In this document: one piece after another, positions 22,627 through 35,149 of the stretch
Layout: every line of letters begins with the position of its first letter
Position numbering within the stretch: position 1 is the stretch's first letter
Assembly (NCBI GenBank): GCA_010093815.1
Contig: ML996580.1
DNA from: Pseudovirgaria hyperparasitica
Taxonomy: Eukaryota
Reading direction: 5' to 3' (one strand)
DNA length: 64,000 bases
The notes under the pieces: model-generated
What the model was told of the DNA's origin: nothing
The model's database searches: none
What the model saw: only the letters and a program-made list of their open reading frames with translations
Program-made: the position numbers and the translations under genes

Positions 22627-24501
22627 TCAGCGATACTCCTGCAAGCGACTTCCCTTCTCTCCTGTAGAACCGCTGTGAGAATGTCAGTATCGCTTAGACT
22701 CATTCAAAGTCAGGAACTATGGATGCTTACCCTGGGCTTCCCACTCTCTGCGCTTCTTGTGCGTCGAGCTCGGGAGTATGTCGCCAGTTCGAATGCGTTC
22801 CCAATTCTGAGGGTGGCGTGAGAGGAGATGCAGGGTCCGGGGTATATTTCCTCGCACCGCGTTCACTCGCTTCCAATTCATGTACGGGCAGTCCTACGAC
22901 ATTGGCTTGCCACGCCGTCTGCGTATCATTTTTCTCACCATCCGGCGTTCCACTAATCGTTACCTCTTTGTCGTAATCTGTCTTTCTGCGGTGCTTGAGC
23001 CAAAGGAATGTTCCAACGCCACCAAGTACTACTGCAAGAACGACACCGACCGCGATCCCAGCTTTGGCTCCCGTAGAAAGACCTCCGCCACCAGTCGGAG
23101 GGGCTTCATCTTGATTACCGTTGCCTCCACTACCAGGTCCTGAGTCCTGAATGGCATATACCGTCACGATGTCCGGGGACGGCATCGGCGAAGAGTATGC
23201 CGTTTGAGTAACCGTAAAATTGCCACGCTCATAATCTGCAAACACATACGCAGCTTGCATGAAGACCCTACCAAGCGTATACTGGGTTTCGTTCGCGGCT
23301 CGTCGAATCGGGAACCAGGGAACTGCACTCTCAAAGACTGGAAAGGAAACGTTGAGGTTAAAGGCTGAGAAAGGTACACTGATCGTGATGCTCTCACTTG
23401 ATTCGAAACCATCAGCGATGACGAATTCCACGGCAGGGTTCTTCGATGCAATCTCCCGGGCGAGGGCGAAGCTTCCAAAGTAGTACCGGTCCGCACTATC
23501 CGAATAATTCAGGTTGAAAGCCGTTTGAAATTGATCACATACGCTCCTTGGTAGCCAAAGTTCCGGAACAGTCGAGTCAATAGGCATTGTAATGGTTGTA
23601 TCCGATACCACTCGGTCGCCGTTAGGCCCGCTTTTGGTTTTTATGGACGTGACACTCAATCGAAGCGCACCTCCGGCACCGTCGGCGCCAGCAGCATCCC
23701 TATCGATTGGAGCCACCACTTGTTGTGAAGACATCAAGTTTCGATCAAAACCACCAAGCGTCAAGCTTCCAGGCGTACCTCCATACTCTGGAATTAGGTT
23801 AGCCAAAGTCATGAACAATTACAGTGCATCGCTTACGATAGTAAGCTCCGGCAGTATAGCCATACGATAGGCTTGGGATCTTGCCAGCGTCCTTCCAGGC
23901 TTGCAGTGGAGCGACACGGTCGCTGCCGCCAAGGGCTAGAGGTCTTGGATCGAGCCCTAGAACCCCCAACCACAGGTTTGAGTCCGAGTAGGTTGAAACA
24001 AGTTGGGTTTGACCATTGATGGAAGTGTTCCCAATCGCTACGGTATCGAGTCCGTATTCCGCCTTTACGCTATAGGGTCCCTGACGTTGTAAGCTTTGAT
24101 AGGTGCCTACATCCTGCCAGGAAGTGGACGAGTTCGGATCGAAGCCGTTCTGGTCAGCATTCTCAGTATACACCCCCCTTTGATATCCACAGTTAGTGAG
24201 GTCGAAGCTCTCGGGACAGCCGTTTTTGTATGGCACGGAGAACTCATGTCGATTCGTGGATAGGAGTACATTGAAGTTCTGTGCCGGAGTTCCAACCTGG
24301 ATCCCAAACCTGGGAACAGATATCAGTTTCGCTATTCACATTCGGTGAGGCAGTGTCAACCGGCACGTACGTTGACCAGTTTCCATCATTGCCGAGCCAG
24401 ACGCCTGATGGCGGGACCGATATAGCCTGCGGAGTGTCTGCTCTTTGAACTATGCTTCCAAACTGAACGTGCGATGCGACGACCAACGTCGAAAGCGCCA
24501 T
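22627..24501 (-). CDS. Single-pass membrane aspartic peptidase (A1)-like protein with an atypical first active-site motif
   Basis: WLGNDGNWSTF.IQVGTPAQ, FDPNSSTSW, GKIPSLSYGYTAGAYY, GSLTLGGFD, IDSTVPELWLP, YTLGRVFMQAAY, and TM GLSTGAKAGIAVGVV followed by HELEA/ELDA motifs. Introns 24310-24370, 23788-23836 and probably 22673-22730. Start codon uncertain. Confidence 0.85.
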
Positions 24502-25246
24502 CGATGTCGACTGCACTGTGATAAAGCGTGGAGACGTGCCACAAGCATAGGCTTCAAGGAAGATCCGGAGGATCGAAATAAGATAGGACTCTTGCGCCCG
24601 GGGAGAGCAGATGGCCCGATAAGCGTGTCTGCCATGAGCTGTTGGCCACAGGGCTAGCCTGTCGAGGTCGCCTCCACCTCGACCCGTAGGCAAACCACAG
24701 TCTTTGGAGAGGCTTCATCTACGAATCAGAAGCGTACGCTCGGGATATCATGGGCCCGTCTGGGACTCTGGGTATGTTTGCCAAGGGACCACCACTGCTA
24801 CGGCTGACGGCTGCAGTCGAGTGCATATCAAGTTGATCAACCTGCCTACCGATGCATGCTAGCGTCCTTTGCGCCCTACCGGATTGGCCACTGCTCACTT
24901 ATAGTGTGCGGCGTGGTCTGCGATGCTCTCAGAGTTGTTATCATTCGCTAATGTATCTACCTGGTGAGACGGAACGATGCACCGCAGGTGAGAGCGACGC
25001 TATCGTGGCCTTGCACTAAGCTAAGTCAATAAGCCAAGTCCATTCTGCATTGGCCAGCTCAGCTTGATATTTTTGTTGACAGTGATCGGCGGCGAGAATT
25101 GCATCCTTTAAGTACTGTGCGAACTCGCCCACGAGCAGAACTATCCTGTAGCGTGCTCGCGACGGCTTCGTTCGCTCATCGTCTTTCGTGAGCTCAAACA
25201 TTCGTTGTTCAACATAATTGTCTGTCAGCGTGTCATATAACTAAAT

Positions 25247-26355
25247 ATGGGTTTCTCACGAACGTTATCGCTATGGCTCTTTGGCATCGTGACTGTACTG
25301 GCAACTGGTATGCTTCATCGCATAATCTTACTGCATATGCTAACTCAAGACCAGACTCTGTTTCTTCGACAGCAACTCCGGCTAACGTCTCGACCACACC
25401 TACTGGCTTAACAACATCTGTTACCGGCGAAGTGAACATCTTGGCCGATCCAAACGTAGCGGCACAGACAGGTGCCCTACTTCCTTCTCTCGTTGACAAT
25501 GCCTGTCAAATTGGAGGTGTAATTGTCTCGCAAGCTCTCTGTGTCGCTGTGGAACCTTCTTCTGCCATCATGCCTCCATCACTGAGCAGCGGTCTTGATA
25601 CCCCTACGATCTCCGCTGCACCACCTCCGCCAGGTGTCAGCGACACACCATCCCCGTCCATACCGAGCTCACCAGTGCCGAGTCCCTCAGCTCCTCTTAC
25701 GACTGCAGTAACCCCAGATCCAGTCATGTCAGATGATCCCCTGCCGTCAAGTGCCGTCATCACGCCAGTACCACCGCCCGCCAATACCCCGTTGCCAAAC
25801 CCGCTATCCCCTACCATGGTATCTTCCCCACCGCCTGCGAATACACCAATACCAAATCCGCTGTCTTCTACGATTCTCACTCCACCGTCTCTTACCCCGG
25901 TAACTCCTTCCTCTGCGGCTCCTACATCAGTTTCAAGTCCGACTCCGACGTCTGATGCTCCGCCATCGTCAGTTGAGCCCACTTCTGCTGCTCCTCCGAC
26001 ATCGACAACGCCGTCACCAACTCGCCCAAGTGTACCTATGTTGTCTGATACGATACCTTCCTCAACAGTCGTCGTTTCTGGGTCCCCTCCTCTAGAGCAA
26101 ACGACCGTGATTACCGTGCCGACTGTTTTCACATCTGAGCTCACCATTATACCGTCGGGCATATCTGCGCCACCACAAGTCACAACAATTATGACAAGCA
26201 TAACCATTGGTGTGACATCAGTCATTACCTCACTTCCACCAGGCGTGACACCAGTACCATCGCCTCAACCAACTGGTGCAGCCAATTCTATCACAGTCAA
26301 AATGAGCTGGAGCTTTGGACTTGTAGCACTGATTGGAGCCTTTATTGACATTTGA
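25247..26355 (+). CDS. Pro/Ser/Thr-rich secreted, probably GPI-anchored cell-surface protein
   Basis: Exon 1 gives signal peptide MGFSRTLSLWLFGIVTVLA. Intron 25308-25354 (GTATGC...GCTAAC...CAG). Internal repeat PPPANTP(L/I)PNPLS x2. C-terminus TGAANS followed by a hydrophobic tail. Confidence 0.85.
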
Positions 26356-26705
26356 GACAGAGTGCCACATTGGCAGGGGGCGTTGACGGATCTGAAGCTT
26401 CATACCCTATCTGCATTAGTGTGCGGTACGCGCACCTTAGACTTCACGACTATCCTTCACGAGTCACGACGACTTATTGACGATAATAATAATGTTAATA
26501 AACCCACATAAACCCACAATATTATTTGAACATTCTTGGTTTTGTGATTCCCGTGAGTCGACCGGCTGCAGCCTTGCCTGAATACATGTTACAAATCCCT
26601 ATCCCTATCAGGCTTTATCGACCAGATTTGGATGCAGAGAATGCGATGGAATTAATCAGTAACCGAGCTAGAGTACTCGCCCTATCGTGATAGTCGGGCT
26701 CCTTG

Positions 26706-27365
26706 CATCAAAGCCACCAATCACGCAGAAACCCAAGGTATACCGCGACAGTTAAACCATTGCACCAACACGGTGCAGCCTCGCCAGCCAACCAGCAATT
26801 TATCCACAATTCCACATGGCACAATCCCATCAAACCCCTCACTTACATCCCGGTTTCCCACCCCGTGCCATGCCCACGTCCGCCAGGATCCAAGCTACAC
26901 TTCCCGTCTCTGTAAGCATCCAGAACCTCCTCACTTGCATACATTTCGCCACCGCCTAAAGTGCTTTTGCGACCGCGCGACTGGGTCCACGTCGGTGGTT
27001 CTCCTCTGCCCGACCCGGTATCCCGCCCCCAAACCTGGCAGCACCGTCCCAGTATGGTCTAGCGTGCCAGATCCCGCCCGGGGCGCCCCGGAGTATAGGG
27101 TTTAGCGCGCCTGTAGCCGTCTACTGTGCTGTACTAGCGCGATCAGGGTATAGGCGGGGCAATCGAATCGGGCCGACAAGGCTGCGGTATATAAATTCTA
27201 TGAGGGGCCAATTGCAAGGCTGGACTTTTGGGAGTGGATGAATCGTATGGGTGCGCTCGCTCTGCATCGTGAAATTCGGCACTCGATGGTGCATATGGAG
27301 AATCTGGAATCGCAGCGTGGGATGAGACCTCCTTCGGGGTGTTGGCCCCGTTGGTGGCTTTGATG
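26706..27365. repeat. 660-bp segment bounded by a perfect 15-bp inverted repeat, with an internal 14-bp palindrome
   Basis: CATCAAAGCCACCAA at 26706-26720 and its reverse complement TTGGTGGCTTTGATG at 27351-27365. CCGGGGCGCCCCGG at 27078-27091. Confidence 0.6.
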
Positions 27366-28113
27366 TGTGGTGTGGTGTGCGGCACGGGGCAAGTGCAGTA
27401 TTGTTATGTACGTGTAAAGGCTAAAGTTTGCTTAATTGCTGGGTTCTAGGTCGATGACAGCGATCAGGGAACGAATAAGAGATAAACTCGCAGCTCTTAA
27501 CCCGGCCGTCAGTAAACCGGGTCGTAACCGCGCCGGGGTCTATGATTTGTGATGTTCGATTGCAAGGCTATATGTATGTAATACCACACCACATCTTGCT
27601 CTTGCCATGTTGAATGGCATATACTAAACAGGTGCAACTGAAAATCAAGATGGGCTTTGAAGAAAGCCATATACTGTACAGATATCGGGCACAAACACAT
27701 CTTATTTCAGACTAGTATTGCACGTGATGTGCCCGGTGAATATTAGATACTAAGGGGCAGTGTTCTTTGCGGCTCAGCTATCTTTTTGCGTGACGCGGTA
27801 TCGTCAATTCACTGAATTACATATGTGTAAAATTCCACCATGCTACACTTGCATGTAGATCTGCATTGACAGACGATCCTGTCTATCTCTTTTGTCATGT
27901 AGCATTACCCAATATGATGACATCAGTTCTGTAAGTGATGATGTTTCCATTACATATACCAAAGTGCTTGACTCAGCATTGACTCGTCACCTTCAATCCT
28001 CCTGAAACATTTTCTGCACTCGATCTACCACTATAAACCATTTATCGCGTGCCATTACCATCCAGTCTCAACAAATATCCACATGAGGTACCTTTCTGGG
28101 CGTATTTCAGACA

Positions 28114-29961
28114 TCATACACGGCTCATCCAAATCTGCGCAAGAGGGTTATATACCCTCTGCACTCTACCCGCGAGGAACTCCAATACAAACTCATCCGG
28201 TACATTGAAATCGACGCTGGACCAGGTAACGAAACAACTATTATCGAACATACCTACACCTCCTTCGCTAGATGTTCGTGGATTGATAGGAGTGATTTGT
28301 GGAGCGGCCCTGAAGGCTAAGTACTCCGTTCGTGGCCCAAACGTCGAGTTACTGGGCCCTGGAGATCTTAGACCCATAGGATACAGCCTAACTGTCAAGT
28401 TCTCTTGTGGTATCTCATCCTCCAGGCCAATCTGAATGAGACTCGCACGCGATTCGACGCCCTCGAAATACAGGTGCTGCAAGCCTAGGCCAGGCCTATC
28501 AGCGTCCACAGTAAATGTCAGGTTCGTGCCGCTCGAGTTTTGAGAGACATATGTACCGGCGATACTCTTCGCACCATGTTCGACACCAGCGTGCTCAGCA
28601 GCGGTGATGAATGTCTCACCAACCAGATCGCGGAGCGGGAATCGGTCAGTAGAGGCTGAAGGTCCACCGATGAGGATCGAGTAGCCGATCCCGTGGTCTG
28701 GCGACAGGGCGAATACCGTGGTGTAGCCATTGTTGCCTCCAAGCTTCGTGTACAGGTCTGAGATACGCGTTCGTGAAGAGTTCGGTGTGACGGGCAGTGC
28801 GAGACGGTAGATCTCCCAGGGTGCGCCGTTGCTGAAGACGAGTGTTGAAGTGTGGGCGCGTGGCTTCATCCATTCGCGGGTATCGGCTGGTGACAAGAGC
28901 CGGGAATTCAGTATTGAGAGGCCGATGGTGCGGAGGTCGGCTGTGCTCGTGTAGACGCCGCCAGAGCTGCTGGAAGTCAGATAGTGCATATGGCTCAAGG
29001 GAGAAAAGACATACGGTGCTTGAGTCTGAGGGTCCATACCCCACGATGAGACAGTCCCGTTTCCAGGGAGCTTGAAAGCATTCAGTCCATCTCCTCCAGG
29101 TGCAAAAGAAGTGAAGCTGCCAAGGTTGAGCTGGCCACCGAGCACATGCTGGATGGCGTCGTTGTACTTCATTCCAGTCATCCGCTCCAAGACACGACCT
29201 AAGATACCAAATCCGTTGTCTGAATATAGCGAAGTATGAAACGGTGCGAACACTGGCCGTTTGTGGTCTCGTAGACTTGCGAAATATTCTATGACGTTCA
29301 GCATGTGGCGCATTTAACAATGATGTAGACCTACCTGCATCCGTGCATTGTTGGTCCGGCGCGTCTAGACAGAACGACTCGAAGGCTATTTCAAAGTCAG
29401 CCTTGACTTTCGAAACATGGACAGCGAGAGCTCACGAAATGATCCTGTGCCTCCCATCTGGCTTGCCAGCGCACCGACAGTCACGTCTTCCCACACGATC
29501 TTCTCCAACGCACCCCCTCTATTTCCGACCAACTCCGGCAGCCACTTTGTCACCGGGTCATTGAACACTTCCAACCCTCCTGTCTGCACGAGAAGACTAT
29601 ACACAGTCATCATTTTGCTCACACTCCCGATCCGAAACACCGTGCGGTCGTCCAGAGTTCCAGCCGTGAGCGCCTCATCAAGAGCAGGGGATCTGTGTAT
29701 GTATGTGTAGATGGAGCCGTTACTATGTGTGGAGAAGACATCGGCGATGAATGTTGACGTGTTGGGGTCGATGACACCCGAAGAGAACAGCTCCTCAACT
29801 AAAGATGGAAAGGAGGACACGGCGTCTTGAAATGCAGATGCATTCGTGATGTCAAAGTTCGATGGAAATGTTGGACCTAGGATAGGACACTCTTCGGTCG
29901 GCAGGTATGTCGCTGTCGTTAGAACGACGAAAGAGGATACAATCACGGCGGAGTAATACAT
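28114..29961 (-). CDS. Secreted beta-lactamase-like serine hydrolase (S12 / alkaline D-peptidase-like)
   Basis: Signal peptide followed by CPILGP, SxxK in FRIGSVSK, YSD at the YxN position, GAPWEI and YTKLG. Introns 29386-29435, 29289-29334 and 28967/28970-29014. Confidence 0.9.
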
Positions 29962-31119
29962 TTTCCCCGGTTCAATCAGGATTGAGGTGAGAGATGTACT
30001 TGTCGTAATACAACGGGACTCGAATAGATTATATATGTTGTGCATATTGTTCAACTGATACTATATTTACACTCGGTAAGTCCCTGATCTTCCCGCAATA
30101 GAGCACTGACATCATTATCACAGGATGCATAAATCTCAGCTCCGTCTGGTTTAAGCAAAGAGTATGATCATCAATTCCGCAGCTGTCAGCCTTGTATAGT
30201 GGGATTGCTGGAACGAGTGGATCGCTTGAGCATCGTGAATCGATTTGGATCCAATCAGAAGCTACTCCCGGGGCTAACAACACCAAGGATGACGCTTGAG
30301 GCTGAATACACGCGTGCCAAGCCCTACCCTGTGCGCTATACGCGTATCGTAAACGGCAAAGTCTCCGCCGATCGTCACTCGCAAAATTACCCAATCCGGA
30401 AGTCGGTGTACCCAGGAGTCGTATACCGTGCAGCCACTAGTGTGGCTTCTCGTAGTTACCAATGTTCTTGCACTCTGAGTTTCTAACCTCCTATCTCTGG
30501 CCCTAATCGCATCCTCCTCTTCATCCTTCCAAACATGCCCATCCCGCTTACTTGTCCACCCAACACCGGGCCCGCCAGTACAGCAATCTGCCTTGTAACA
30601 TCCGTCGACTACGCGACTCTCTGTACAAGCACTACTGCGAGAATGTAGTGAGCAAAGGCCATATTTCCTAGCACACCCTCTTCACTTGACGTCGCTATCC
30701 AGCCCGGATTCATTCAATAAACCTGCGCGCGGGGCCGCAATCGCCACGATCTGGGCATGTTTCAGGGCCCATACATGACACCAGATTTGGATGCCGCATC
30801 GTAACTGTAGAGAGTCTCGCCAAACTTGCTCGCTGTGCTGCCAATAAAGATTATGTTTGCGAGAGCGTACACGGAAAGTGGTGCCGGGGAGCAGTTGACG
30901 TAGGTAAGCGCGACAGACGCGAAATGTGCTTGTGAATTTAACATCAACGGTGGTGTGCCATTTCTAGAGAGACATTTCTGCTATCAGAGTGTCCTCTCGA
31001 CGAGAGAGACCGTGATTGACGATGAGAATTGTGACGGTGCCGTGGTGGGTTAATGCTTCAATGTGAGGGGGTCAAAAACACTTTCAAAGCGCACGTCAGT
31101 TTTGGGGTGTGAGATTGAC

Positions 31120-32520
31120 AAGCTTCGAGTTGTAGTGGACTCACTTTTACGCCACGTTGTAGCAGTATTCGCACTATCTCGATTCCGATGCCACTCCTGA
31201 GCGACCTGTGACGAAGACCTGGAAATCTTTGAGGCCGAGATCGAGAGACATGTCGAGTCGACAATCAGTGTTCGCGGTCGTGTGTGAGATCATTGGAACA
31301 GTCTTATGATCGAAATAGCACCACTGCTATGTCACAATAATCCATCAGGCGAGTATGCAGGTGGGGGAACGCGACTTCTCCGGCTTCAGAAGCATCGTCC
31401 GACTATTTCTCAGACGTTTTTGACTTTAAGACGGGGAATTTACCCCTTGTGAATCATGAGATTGACCGGGTCGCAAACCGTAGACCTGAGTTCGGCCCCG
31501 AACGATTTGTTTCAAGTATGTTCTACTTCTTTCAACCAATTGTATTGATAAGTCCAAGGCCCTGCTATATAATCATTCCTGTGAACTCTTCTATGTCAAA
31601 AATGTTGTGAATAAGGTGACCATATATGACTTGCGATGTGACAGACATGCACCTCAGTCTTGATGACTACTTTTTCTCTTACCGGGTCATGTAATGGTAG
31701 TGTATTTGATAGCCGAGGATTTTCGGTGTTTGGGCATAGTCTTTCGGTTCTAATTCGAGTTTTACGGCGAGAGTGGGCTACTCTCGGGCTTTGTGGAGTC
31801 TTGATCGTCTGACAAGCCAGGAGTACATTCAATTCTGTGCGCTCTCGAAGCTTCTATTCAGCCTGGGCTAGTGGTTTGGTTGAAGCATATGCGAGACCAG
31901 GGCTTAAGTGAAACTATGACACTAAAATGTGAAAACAATGTGTTAAGGGCTGAGGATTCCCATTTCGTACTAATGCACATCAAGTTTCAGGGTAAACCAG
32001 CTCAGTGAAACTCCTTAGAGTTTGATTGTGTACGTCATCAGTTCGAAGCTACTCAAGCAGAATCCGTGCAACAGCTCTGAGCCGTAGATATCACACGAAC
32101 CCCTGCGAGAGAAGAACTGCCTTGAGTTCCACGGGTCATCCAATGCATTGAATCTTCGAACGAGTGGAAATCTTGTGAGCTCTCATAGACATAAATTAGC
32201 TATAAAATTTCTACGATATGCCCGGGTGGAAAACTCCTGGTAATAATAATACAAGTAACCAAATGAGCTACTATTCACTGTAAGTTCTATGACTTACTCA
32301 GATTCTTAGCCCTCTATGCGGACCCAATGATGGAAGAACTTTATGCATATGTGGAAAGCGAGCTTATTATACAAATCAAACCACCTAAACAGCTGTAACG
32401 GTATAAGATTAACTTATCTAGTGGTAGAAGAATCCTTTGAAGATGCTCTTAGGTAATGGATTATGTGATTTCTGCTATATGTTAATCTGCATGATAGTGT
32501 ATTAGTGGCACAAAAGGCTA
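31120..32520 (-). pseudogene. Probable decayed NACHT-ankyrin (fungal NLR-like) gene
   Basis: In the expected order and spacing on the minus strand: NALDD (Walker-B-like, about 32135-32149), a near-GMFLLA nucleotide match with one deletion (about 31815-31831), and ankyrin-like GIEIVRILLQRGVKVSPLQL (about 31130-31190). Many stops, AT-rich. Confidence 0.35.
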
Positions 32521-32918
32521 CTCCCGATTCACGAATAAACCACTTGATATGTTCTTAGAGCACTTAGTTCATCCCTCTAACAGTGGTATCATACACAATG
32601 AGCTTTGAAGGGTATTGAAAATTCGATCTCCTTCTTGCAGGTCAGCTATGTTAAATCGTCCTATATGGTTATATTTGATATCATAAACTTGATACGAAGG
32701 CAAAAAGTTGTGGTGTACAGATAATAAATGTGTGCCTTGGTACATATGATAACTATGCCACTTGGAGCTCTATCTAAACTTCCGCTCTGGTTGTGCATGT
32801 CAGCTCCCATTCCCTGGGGGTTTATGTATTTATGTATCTATCACTACATCTCATGATACGTTTTGTGCGCCCAAGTCCTTATCATAGCTCGTCAGCACAA
32901 CCCTCCTCGACATGCCCC

Positions 32919-33878
32919 TCAGTTATGCTCCATTCTGCTCTTATGTGCCGCTTTGAGCGCTGCGATAGCTTCTATCAGTCTTCTGACTGTAATTGTCCAT
33001 GGAAGACCTCCAAGAGCCGCGTACCCACCCTCCTCGTCTCCAAAGTCACTAATGCGTCCACGGCGCGTGACTGTGGATTCTCCATCCTCAAACGCCAGCA
33101 CAATCTCCTGGACACGTGGAACTGCGACCTCGTAGTCCAGGTAACGCGCCAAGGAGGGATCGGGCCGGTTGATATTTATATCTTGCCCGTTGTGGGTTAC
33201 GGTCGTGTCTTCCTGGTCGAAGTAGATCTGTAGCCGCCTGAAGGTTGCATTGTATCGGTAGGCAGCGCAGGGAATGGTAAAGAGGGGTTTATTCGGATCT
33301 GTGGCGTCTCGTGTCTGCGATGGGACGAGTACGGCCTCGACAGTCTTCATGCGAGACCCGGGGTAGATGTGGATTGGGTTCAGGCGGAGTCCTAATGAGC
33401 TATTTAGATCTCTGGTCTCTGCGGCGAAAGCCGCGTCGTACCAGCTGATGGCTGTTCCAATCTTCATGCTTCTGGAGCCGAGGGTGAAAGTTTTTGTGTC
33501 TGTTCCGAATGATTTGATGAAACGCCATTCGACGGCTCTCAGGGGACGCTCGTTCGCGTACGTATCGCGTGAGACGAGCGTGCAGCCAGCTAGACGTAAT
33601 CTTCTGTTCCCGTGAAATAGAGAGTCGGTATCGGGGAAGATGTAGGCGAAGCTGTACTCCCTGAGATCGGTTGTGACAACCAATTTCTCTTCTACTTGAA
33701 TATACGTGTAGGTAGTGAAAGGAACAAGGACTTTGTTTGCGATATCCAGCTTCTCAGTCACATCGTACGCGACGATGTGAGCGTCCCATAACGAGTAGAT
33801 CTGAGGGTGGTCGGTGTGAGGGATAATGTACGTTTGACTCCCTGGAGTCTCGGGCCCGTCTTCCTGGAATATTGACAT
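32919..33878 (-). CDS. Hypothetical protein, about 319 aa, intronless, no recognisable domain
   Basis: Long ORF with globular-type composition and higher GC than its AT-rich flanks. TTTATAAA at about 33992-33999 lies about 115 bp upstream of the ATG at 33878. Confidence 0.75.
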   Translation of the reverse strand: MSIFQEDGPETPGSQTYIIPHTDHPQIYSLWDAHIVAYDVTEKLDIANKVLVPFTTYTYIQVEEKLVVTTDLREYSFAYIFPDTDSLFHGNRRLRLAGCTLVSRDTYANERPLRAVEWRFIKSFGTDTKTFTLGSRSMKIGTAISWYDAAFAAETRDLNSSLGLRLNPIHIYPGSRMKTVEAVLVPSQTRDATDPNKPLFTIPCAAYRYNATFRRLQIYFDQEDTTVTHNGQDININRPDPSLARYLDYEVAVPRVQEIVLAFEDGESTVTRRGRISDFGDEEGGYAALGGLPWTITVRRLIEAIAALKAAHKSRMEHN

Positions 33879-35149
33879 GTCGGAGGAGTGTAGTGGTAAA
33901 GCTGGTTCAAAATGTCTGACGAGTCCTATATGTGATGGATAGAGCGAAGTTTCGTCTGCACATGCAACCTGCGCTCGAAATGATACCACAGTTTATAAAT
34001 GAGACACTTGCTTACGTACTCGCCAGGGAGCTTTGAGCTGTTATGACAGTCTTTGCAATATGTGTTCTCGCTAAGGCAGTCAAGGTTAAGGATAGTCCAT
34101 GACAATGCGTGCTGTGAGCCCCTGGCCACGTGAATGTGTCTGCACCTGCACACCGCTACCAGTGGTCTGATTAACACAAAGGCGTACAGGTCTCGAGTAT
34201 TGTTCAAACGCAAGACGCAAGACAATAAGGCAGCCACACCTTTTTAGACATGAATGAGAATGACTTTAGACCGGGATCGGGACTGGAACCATTCATGGTA
34301 GCAGTGAAATGCGTGACGGAAAGTAAAAGAGAGACTTCTTTACAGAGCCTACACTGTGTATTCTATAGTGAATATGGAGAGCGACAAGTTATACAGATCT
34401 TCGTCCATTTCGATATCATGTAGCTATCAAGTAGCTACCAGCATTGCCAATAGCATTCACAGGACCGCTTATGACTTAGAAAATTACAACTAATAGCGCT
34501 CATCGCTAGATAGAGAAATCACACTGTAAGAGAAGAAATTTGGCGTCATGTGAAGAATTGTAGCATTCAAAGCTCACGAACGAGAGTATTAGTCAATTGC
34601 ACAAAATATGAGCAAATACTGCAAAGAACAGGCGTGACACTGGACATGCTGGAGGGAGGTGGGAGGAGGGAGAGGTGGCACCGGAATATGTAGTCAAAAA
34701 AGAGAAGTGTCACTGACGTTCTTTACGAGAATAGGGATAGAATTGGCACAAGAGACTGAAAGTAAGACTACGTATGGAGCATATGGTTTGGAAGAGGAAT
34801 GAGGAGCCAGAGGGTGATGCCAAGAGATCGACTCACACTTGCCACCACCTGCTGTGAGAGTATTAACGTCAACATCTTCCAATGGTACCTATCTTGTCAG
34901 CTTTCTCATCCATCTTGCATCACTTGATCTTACACACACGTAGGTTCAAAGAATCCGGTCAAGTCCCAAAGTCAAGCTTATGCATCGTTGTCAACAGGTG
35001 TTGTCGGTGACCTTTTGTGTGCCTCACGTCCACTATTTGGAGTAGTCTCGTTCGAGGCCTTGTGGAATTACCGGAAGACCTACGCCACTTGACACTGCCA
35101 TAACGCAACGGATCTGTTCTGTGGGACATTTCAAGGGCTCTAAGGATAG

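Noticed and set aside
25016..25201. 61-aa minus-strand ORF with protein-like composition
   Set aside because: Short, no motif, and lies in a divergent promoter.
27096..27105. CTAAACCCTA on the minus strand, like a TTTAGGG telomerase RNA template, inside a long intergenic gap
   Set aside because: A single 10-mer is not unlikely in 64 kb, most Pezizomycotina use TTAGGG, and I found no convincing pseudoknot or P6.1 hairpin. Revisit only if the telomeres prove to be TTTAGGG.
27268..27292. GAAATTCGG resembling an RNase P conserved region
   Set aside because: No matching 3' conserved region found.
27914..28005. Box C (ATGATGA) and box D (CTGA) about 90 nt apart, a possible snoRNA
   Set aside because: No terminal stem and only about 8 nt of plausible rRNA complementarity.
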